Shown in pieces: positions 56,225 through 64,000 of a stretch of 64,000 nucleotides of DNA. Each line of letters starts with the position of its first letter. Within the stretch, counting starts at the first letter, position 1. The notes under the pieces are model-generated. The model saw only the letters and a list, made by a program, of their open reading frames with translations, had not been told where the DNA came from and ran no database searches. Source of the DNA: Octopus vulgaris (taxonomy: Eukaryota); the NCBI GenBank assembly GCA_951406725.2, contig OX597820.1, forward strand, positions 120,900,001 to 120,964,000, written 5' to 3'. Position numbers and translations under genes: made by a program.

Positions 56225-57238
56225 AAAGTACAAAAAAGGAACTCTGCAGCCGAAGTGACTCGAAACACACTTAATTTATGGGAATGAAAGAACTTGCTGA
56301 CGACGGTTTGCAAAATTCAGAAATGGAGATTTCCGCCTTGAAGATGAAGATCGAACAGGACGTCCAATTGAGTTTTATGATAAACTGTTTGTGGCATTAC
56401 TTGAAGAAAATCCTGCATTATCAGTTGAAGATTTGGCAATAAAGCTTAATTCAAGCCATACAACTGTTCATCGGCATCTTCAACAACAAGGAAAGGTTTA
56501 TAAACTTCAAAAATTGGTGCCTCATGAATTGTCCGAAAGAAACAGCAAATCCAGAGTTGACATCTGCTCTTTCCCCCATTCTCGTGAACTCATTTCACCC
56601 TTTTTGGATAGACTTATAAATGGTGTCGAATAATGGATCCTCCATCGAAATGTTAATCGTCGTAAACTGTGATTTGGTAAAAGGGAAAAAGCTCAACCAC
56701 AACCGAGAAGGCAACTTCATGGAAACGTTTCTTGTCTCTACCTGGTGGGATTGCAAATGAGTCATTCATTTTGCATTGTAACCACCTAATGCAACAATCA
56801 ATGCTCAAGTCTACTGTCAGAAATTAGACGGTTTGAACCAAGCTTTGAAGAAAAAAGACCCGCTTTAGTGAATCGAAAAGGATTGATGTTTCATCAGGAA
56901 AATGTGTGACCCCACACTGCAAAGATCACATCACAGAAGATCGAAGAGCTTGGTTGAGAAAACATTCCTCATCCACCTTATTCTCCCGAACTTGCTCTTT
57001 CAGACTACCATTTGTTTCGTAGTTTACAGAATCATTTGGGGGACATACCATTTCAGAGTTCTTCGCTTTGAAACCAAAAGCGTTTTATATTGATGGGATT
57101 CAAAAGCTTGTAAATAGATGGAAGGAAGTCATAGATAATCAAGGAAAGTACAATGATGATTAAATTTCAATTAAATATAATATTTGATTACTTGTTTCCT
57201 TTATTCAAAATTCGAACAGAACTTATGGGATGACCTGA
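56225..57238 (+). pseudogene. Mariner transposase pseudogene with 3' TIR
   Basis: FAKFRNGDFRLEDEDRTGRP, LVPHELS (WVPHEL), FLDRLINGVE*W (TGDEKW), FHQENV*PH (HDNARPH) and HPPYSPELALSDYHLFRSLQN (YSPDLAPSD), with many stops and frameshifts. The right end is ...AACTTATGGGATGACCTGA followed by TA. No matching left TIR was found. Confidence 0.95.
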
Positions 57239-57253
57239 TATATATATATATAT

Positions 57254-57419
57254 ATAGGCGAAGGAGTGGGTGTGTGGTAAGTAGCTTGCTTAACAACGAC
57301 ATGGTTCCGGGTCCAGTCCCACTCCGTGACATCTTGGGCAAGCGTCTTCTACTATAGCCTCAGGTCGACCAAAGCCTTGTGAGTGGATTTGGTCGACGGA
57401 AACTGAAAGAAGCTAGTCG

Positions 57420-57461
<42 letters not shown>

Positions 57462-57678
57462 CTATGTATGTATGTATGTATGTATGTATGTGTATGTATG
57501 TATGTATACGTTTGTGTGTCTGTGTTTTTCCCCCGACATCGCTTGACAACCGGTTCGGCAAGAGAGACTGATAGAATAAGTACTAGGCTTACAAAGAATA
57601 AGTCCTGGGGCCGATGTGCTCGACTAAAGGCGGTGCTCCAGCATGGCAACAGTCAAATGACTGAAACAAGTAAAAGAG
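57254..57678 (+). mobile_element. SINE family A
   Basis: Full length apart from a ~35-bp internal deletion. It sits in the TA tract next to the mariner TIR. Confidence 0.88.
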
Positions 57679-57707
57679 TATATAAATATATGTATATAAA
57701 TACATAC

Positions 57708-57760
<53 letters not shown>

Positions 57761-57766
<6 letters not shown>

Positions 57767-57901
57767 AAGAGTAGAGTGTACGTTCAAACACAAAAGAGAT
57801 ACCCGAAGAATAGGATATCTGACTGCTCTTTCTAGCGAGTCAGATATCCTATTGTTCGGGTATCTTTTTTATGTTTGAACGTATACTGTATTCTTCTTTG
57901 A
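57761..57901. repeat. ~140-bp imperfect palindrome (MITE-like)
   Basis: ...TACGTTCAAACACAAAAGAGATACCCGAAGAATAGGATATCTGACT / AGTCAGATATCCTATTGTTCGGGTATCTTTTTTATGTTTGAACGTA... Confidence 0.85.
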
Positions 57902-58003
57902 ATAACATATAATCTATTAACTAATTTTTTCTTTCTCGCTAGACCACTGGTAACTGAGAATTTTTCGATGAATGTTCTTTCTACCCTAAGATTTTAATTA
58001 ATG

Positions 58004-58048
<45 letters not shown>

Positions 58049-58676
58049 TTTGAAGCACATGTTTTGTAGTAGGATTTTGTGGTAACCTTCAACAAAGAAG
58101 CGTTATTTGACTCCTAAATCTATATATTCGCAAATTCAAAGACGTCACCATGTCTGGGTATCTATGGATGGCAACTGAAGAACAAATGCACCAATTTTAA
58201 CAGTCCTTGATCTATTTTATCCCACAAAATTTATATCTATTTACAGATGTCTACCTGAAATCTCTTTAGTGACATAAAATTCAGAATATCAAATAAAACA
58301 GGGGTCATTCTTCACAGAAAATCTCATATTGTATTAAAATATTATGAAAGATATATACTTTTTCTATTTCTGTTCTGAGAAACTCCGTACACGAATTAAT
58401 GGCCATATAATGATTGATGAGTCACCAGATGTTTACTAACTCACAGAAGGGTAAGCCAGCAACAAGTCGCTGAAGTCCTACTGTAGTTTATGAATATTCC
58501 GGTGGCCTCATCACTAACCATCCTCGCCTGAGGATTGCTTCCGGGCAGGAAATGAGATGTGATGTTTGATCTAATATAAACAGTAAATGTACTTCGCTAT
58601 TCGACCGTAAAGTTAATTTACCAATGAAACATTTCTATTGCAAACATGATGCAAACACACACACACGTACATTCAA

Positions 58677-58771
<95 letters not shown>

Positions 58772-58819
58772 AACATATATATACACGCATATATATACAC
58801 GCATATATATATACATATA

Positions 58820-58885
<66 letters not shown>

Positions 58886-59379
58886 CATAAATTATTAGAG
58901 AGTTATCCACTATGTGGATAACTCTAGTGCTAAAAATAGCTCCGAAGCAACCACAGAAGATCAGTTTCCAACTAGAATCAACATACATTTAACGGGAGGA
59001 AAGTGAAATACAACGAATAAAATAGATTGACTGTGATATTATACTGTTACTTGATATCAGGCGGCATACCAAAAAGTAATAATCAACGATGTAGATGGAA
59101 TGCAATAAACTTGTATTCATTAAGGAATAACAGTAAATATAATTGAATGGTAACCTTGGTTTTCCAAGCATCAGACTGCTCTGCTCTGCCTATATACGTA
59201 CAAACATACACAAATACTCATATACATACACACACATGTCCGTGTGCAAGTGTGCGTGTGTGTGGATGTGCATGTATACGTGTGTTTTTGTGTACCTGCG
59301 CTCATACATATCTATGTGCATACACAGTTGCACACACGCACACGGGCACATATGGATTTACTTAGAATTACATATCAGC

Positions 59380-59438
<59 letters not shown>

Positions 59439-59440
59439 GT

Positions 59441-59660
59441 AAGAAAAACGGGACAAGAAGGCAAAACATCCAGACAGATGATACAAAAAGGGACAAGAAA
59501 AAACAGGGACGGGTCATACGGACTTTCTATTGTCAGTCGAGTTCCAGATTATCTTTACAGTTTCGGCTAGAAAAAAGAGAACTCCGAATGAAAGGTCCTT
59601 GGTCTTTCTTGCCCCATACTGTCTGTATGTTTTGAGTTCTTGTCCCATTTTTTGTCTTCA
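59441..59660. mobile_element. Short repeat with ~35-bp inverted arms
   Basis: AAAAACGGGACAAGAAGGCAAAACATCCAGACAG / CTGTCTGTATGTTTTGAGTTCTTGTCCCATTTTT. The interior resembles 13200-13260 in reverse. Confidence 0.6.
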
Positions 59661-59697
59661 TTTTTTATAAACATATAGCGGCGTCCGTACACGTTGG

Positions 59698-59736
<39 letters not shown>

Positions 59737-59747
59737 AGTGTGTGTGT

Positions 59748-59800
<53 letters not shown>

Positions 59801-59804
59801 TGTG

Positions 59805-60122
59805 AAGGCTCATGGCTCAGTGGTTAGAGCGTCGAGCTTATGATCTTGAGGTTGTGAGCTCGAATCCCACACCGGGCTGCGTGTTGTGTTCTTGAGCAAG
59901 ACACTTTAATTCACATTGCTCCACTTCACTCAGCTGAGTTGCGACATCACAGATGCCAAGCTGTATCGGACTTTGCCTTTCCCTTGAGTAGCACTGGTGG
60001 TGTGGAGAGGGGAGACCAGTATGCATGGGCGATTGCTGGTCTTCCATAAGACCGGACTTGTGCCTGGGAGGGTAACATTCTAGGTGCAATCCCATGGTCT
60101 ATTTTGTGACCGAAGGGGGTCT
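59805..60122 (+). mobile_element. tRNA-derived SINE (head D + tail 4)
   Basis: A box TGGCTCAGTGG, B-box-like AGCTCGAATCCC, core GTGTTCTTGAGCAAGACACTTT. Confidence 0.85.
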
Positions 60123-60316
60123 CAGATATATTTTTCCTGTACTCTATTTTTTTTATTGTTTAAGAAAAATGTCCAGTTCCTTGTTTTTGTGTTTATGTTT
60201 CCGTTTCTCATTGTGTTCGACGTTTTTGGGTGTCCTGTACCCATATATGCGTGTATATATACATGTAGAGGTAGGTACGTACATATATGTATATATATAT
60301 GCATATGTTTTATTTA

Positions 60317-60381
<65 letters not shown>

Positions 60382-60835
60382 CTCGTATAATGTCAGATCA
60401 AAGAAATTCCTTGAACTAATGCTCATATTAAATAATCCTGAAGTAAACACAGAAAAGTTCCCCTCGTGCACCGAGTCCATGAGCCGTTGCAAGCAGCTCA
60501 TGTCTGGTGAAGTTGGTCGGTTTCATTCATTATATAAACCTTAAATTAAAAGTAAAAGTTGAAGGCAAAGAATCACGTAAGTGATTTAACCGAATTGATG
60601 GAATATTCGTCGTCGAAAGTAACAGAGCCATCATTTACCCATCTCGGAAAGGGAAGGTATTAATTATCAACTTCACAATCTCCTTCATCATTACGTCTCT
60701 GAATACGAGGATCATGAGAAATGTACTAACGACATCCATAAACGTCTATTAAACCTGAAATTTCAAAATGTGACGACACGCACAACGATTAAAATTAATT
60801 AATGGTTCGTTCTTCCTCTACTTTTTTCTAGTATT

Positions 60836-61253
60836 ACTCTTTTTACTCTTTTACTTGTTTCAGTCATTTGACTGCGGCCATGCTGGAGCACCGCCTTTAA
60901 TCGAGCAACTCGCCCCGGGACTTATTCTTTTGTAAGCCCAGTACTTATTCTATCGTTCTCTTTTGCCGAACCGCTAAGTAACGGGGACATAAACACACCA
61001 ACATCGGTTGTCAAGCAATGCTAAGGGGACAAACACAGATACATAAACACACACACGCATACATATATATATATATATACATATATACGACGGGCTTCTT
61101 TCAGTTTCCGTCTACCAAATCCACTCACAAGGCATTGGTCGGCCCGAGGCTATAGTAGAAGACACTTACCCAAGGTGCCACGCAGTGGGACTGAACCCGG
61201 AACCATGTGGTTGGTAAACAAGCTACTTACCACACAGCCACTCCTGCGCCTAT
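60836..61253 (-). mobile_element. SINE family A, full length
   Basis: Near-consensus reverse-complement copy. Confidence 0.92.
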
Positions 61254-62597
61254 TGTGAATATCTTATAAGAATTTCAATGTCAGGATCTGAATATATAAA
61301 AACTATTTTCACTGGTTTCTCATCTTTCCATTTTCAGTATTTCTCACTATTTACATTCAACATCTTTGTTTCTCCCTCACTTCTTGACTTTTCTTATGAA
61401 CAGCGATACGAACTGCTCTATGCGTTCGTGTAGAGTAGTATTTGTACATTTTAGTTACATCCTTCACTCACCCAATCTTTCTCTCTAACTCACTCTGACC
61501 CTGTCTCTCTCTCTTTCTCTTCTACATCTTTGTAATCCTCTATGCATTCTGTACCTAGTTTCACTTTTCTCATTTTAATACTTTTATCCATTGATACTAC
61601 GTGTCGTCATTTGTGTTGCTTTTCTTTTGACATATATCTACTTACCAATCGATCCTCTTTTTATCTCGTTTATCTCACTTTTTCCGACTTTCATTTTTTA
61701 TTTCTCTTTTCTATATTTTGCTTTTTGTCTTTCGGTATCAATTGTAAGAAAATCCAAAACATCAGAAGAGCAGAGTTTCTGGGAAAAGCGCCAGACGAGA
61801 AAGAAAGAAAGCACAGTCAGGTATTAATTTCACTACCAAAGAGATGGTAAACTTACAATATCTAGATAATGTAAAAAACTAGAATAATATTAAGCTTTTG
61901 TTTATTTGGTATACACAAGATACTCCTCTAACACCTACAATATTTTTAATAAATCTGTTTATAATACATATATTTCACAGAGTTTTATATAGTTTTGTAA
62001 CATAATTATGCTATGTATTGAATTTGCGGAGATAATATTAACATAATGTGCAAATCTAAACTTTATCAGATGGACAAAAATCTCAGAAGAACAACTCTCA
62101 CTTCAGCCATGATATTAATATTTATACGAAGACAATAAAGATAGGTTATTAAGAGGTTATGTTTGACGACCTCAACCTCAATGTCAACAGAGAATAAAAC
62201 CTTAGCTCCAACGGATTATCCGAGAGTGTATATTCTGTGAAGTAATTTACTAATATAACGATAAATGCGCTGACGGGAAGGGTTTCGGAGTCTATGAAAA
62301 TTAGGTGAGAGATAAGCTGATATTTGGACTGAGTTACAAGAGAGTTCGATTCTTAACTCTTGAGCAGCGGTAAACGAGGTTTGGCAACTTTGTTAACAAG
62401 AGCTTATACGTATATTTTCCGCACTTCCATCAAATATAGAAAGTGTCTGTGTAATGCTGTGAAGCGATACTCTCGGTTTTCAAAATACACTGCATGGATA
62501 TTGAAAATTAATTTCCCGAACAATTTACAAATATATTCTTTAAAAATTATTATTCTGGAAATGAAATCAACCGCACCTGCATAACGTAAGAAATATT

Positions 62598-63197
62598 CTT
62601 TTCTACGGTAGGCACAATGCCCGAAAGTTTTTTTTTTTTTTTGGAGGGGGCCAGTCGATTAGATCCACCCCAGTACGCAGCTGGTACTTAATTTATCGAC
62701 CCCGAAAGGATGAACAGCAAAGCTGACCTCGGCAGAATATGAACTTAGAACGTAAACACTGACGAAATACCTATTTCTTTACTACCCACAAGGGGCTAAA
62801 CACAGAGGGGACAAACAAGGACAGACAAACGGATTAAGTCGATTACATTGACCGCAGTGCGTAACTGGTACTTATTTAATCGACCTCGAAAGGATGAAAG
62901 GGAAAGTCGACCTCGGTGGAATTTGAACTCAGAACATAACGGCAGACGAAATACCTATTTCTATTTCTTTACAACCCACAAGGGGCTAAGCACAGAGAAG
63001 ACAGACAAGGATAGACAAACGGATTAAGTCGATTATATCGATCCCTGTGCGTATCTGGTACTATATTTCTCGACCCCCGAAAGGATGAAAGGCGAAGTCG
63101 ACCGCGGCGGAATTTGAACTCAGAACGTAACGGCAGGCAAAATGCCGCTAAGCATTTCGCCCGGCGTGCTAACGTTTCTGCCAGCTCGCTGCCTTTT
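62598..63197 (-). mobile_element. Meta-domain SINE (family B) trimer within one 14-bp TSD
   Basis: Three tandem cores. ACGTAAGAAATATT occurs at 62584-62597 and 63198-63211. Confidence 0.88.
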
Positions 63198-63769
63198 ACG
63201 TAAGAAATATTAAATCTCCTTCGTTTTCCATGGATGCTTAACAATATTATATAGTGTCTTCTAAAATTTGCTTTTACAGTTTTAAATATTTCCAGATTTG
63301 TTAAATTAACATTTACTTGTGGTTTCAAAGTTTTCTTTACGAAGACGAGTCAGAATGACATTTAGCTTCACGAATGGACGTCAATACATTCAAAATATCG
63401 ACGCTGAGTTACCATCCACGAGTTTCAGTGAAACACCTAAAGCCCCCGTTTCATAAAAAGGTCCCTTTGGTGGAATAAACTCCATCTAAGATAGAAATCC
63501 TGTCTGAAAGCTGAGGGTAAGGTTGTTCCTTCTTCACACTGATGAAGACTTCAAATAAAACTCATAGATGTGAAAGTTGTACATCAGACAGAGATACAAA
63601 TATTCAACGTCAAGGAAGTTAAAGAAACACTTCCATGCATTTTACATTTAAGGCTGAGAGCCATTTCCGCAGTTGTAAACCGCAACTAAAAACTGTCAAT
63701 CCAAATTAATAATTAAGTATGTGATAATATGCGAAGTATAATTGTCGCTCAATCATTTACTAGAAAAGG

Positions 63770-64000
63770 ATTGTTTGTTCCTTCACGAGCCATGCCTGGC
63801 TCATAAGAGCCGGCTTCCCGGTTTCCTTGGCGTATAGTTTCCCCACCTGGACGGGACGCCGGTCCGTTGCAGGTGAGCTGCAAGATGCAGGAGGAAAGAG
63901 TGAGAGAAAGTTATGGCGAAAGAGTCAGCAGAAGTTCGCCATTACCTTCTGCCGGAGCCGTGTTTAGCTTATGTGTTTTCGCTCATAAACACACACATCA
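63770..64000 (-). mobile_element. tRNA-derived SINE (head C + tail 3), runs off the window end
   Basis: Colinear with 12154-12380. Confidence 0.88.

Noticed and set aside
62640-63195. CRISPR-like repeat/spacer appearance of the tandem units
   Set aside because: The units are whole ~175-200-bp SINE bodies without unique spacers. The context is eukaryotic and there are no cas genes.

Overview
This window is non-coding, AT-rich animal DNA dense in microsatellites. It is most likely from an octopus or another coleoid cephalopod, inferred only from the character of the SINE families. I cannot support any intact host protein-coding exon. Almost all ORFs in the six-frame track are read-throughs of microsatellites or SINEs. 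The window contains several kinds of mobile DNA. (1) tRNA-derived SINEs: about 13 copies or fragments of a CORE-type family, about 7 loci of a Meta-domain family, and a modular group that swaps heads and tails. (2) Decayed non-LTR retrotransposon pieces: CR1-like, RTE-like (one with three C2H2 fingers), R4/Dong-like and HERO-like. (3) DNA transposons: a mariner pseudogene, a mariner-derived fold-back element, a MITE with an 8-bp TSD and telomere-like repeats, three copies of a non-autonomous Helitron, and several palindromes. The most notable signal is 11 recognisable type-I hammerhead ribozyme motifs plus 2 weak ones. They belong to several unrelated short non-coding elements, most of them next to (TA)n or (AAT)n tracts. 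Three of them (36.1-36.8 kb, 38.4-39.2 kb, 54.9-55.4 kb) lie between direct repeats with periods of about 360-570 bp, two with an inverted terminal piece. This points to a diverse retrozyme or non-autonomous Penelope-like system. All structures were read by eye, so boundaries are approximate.
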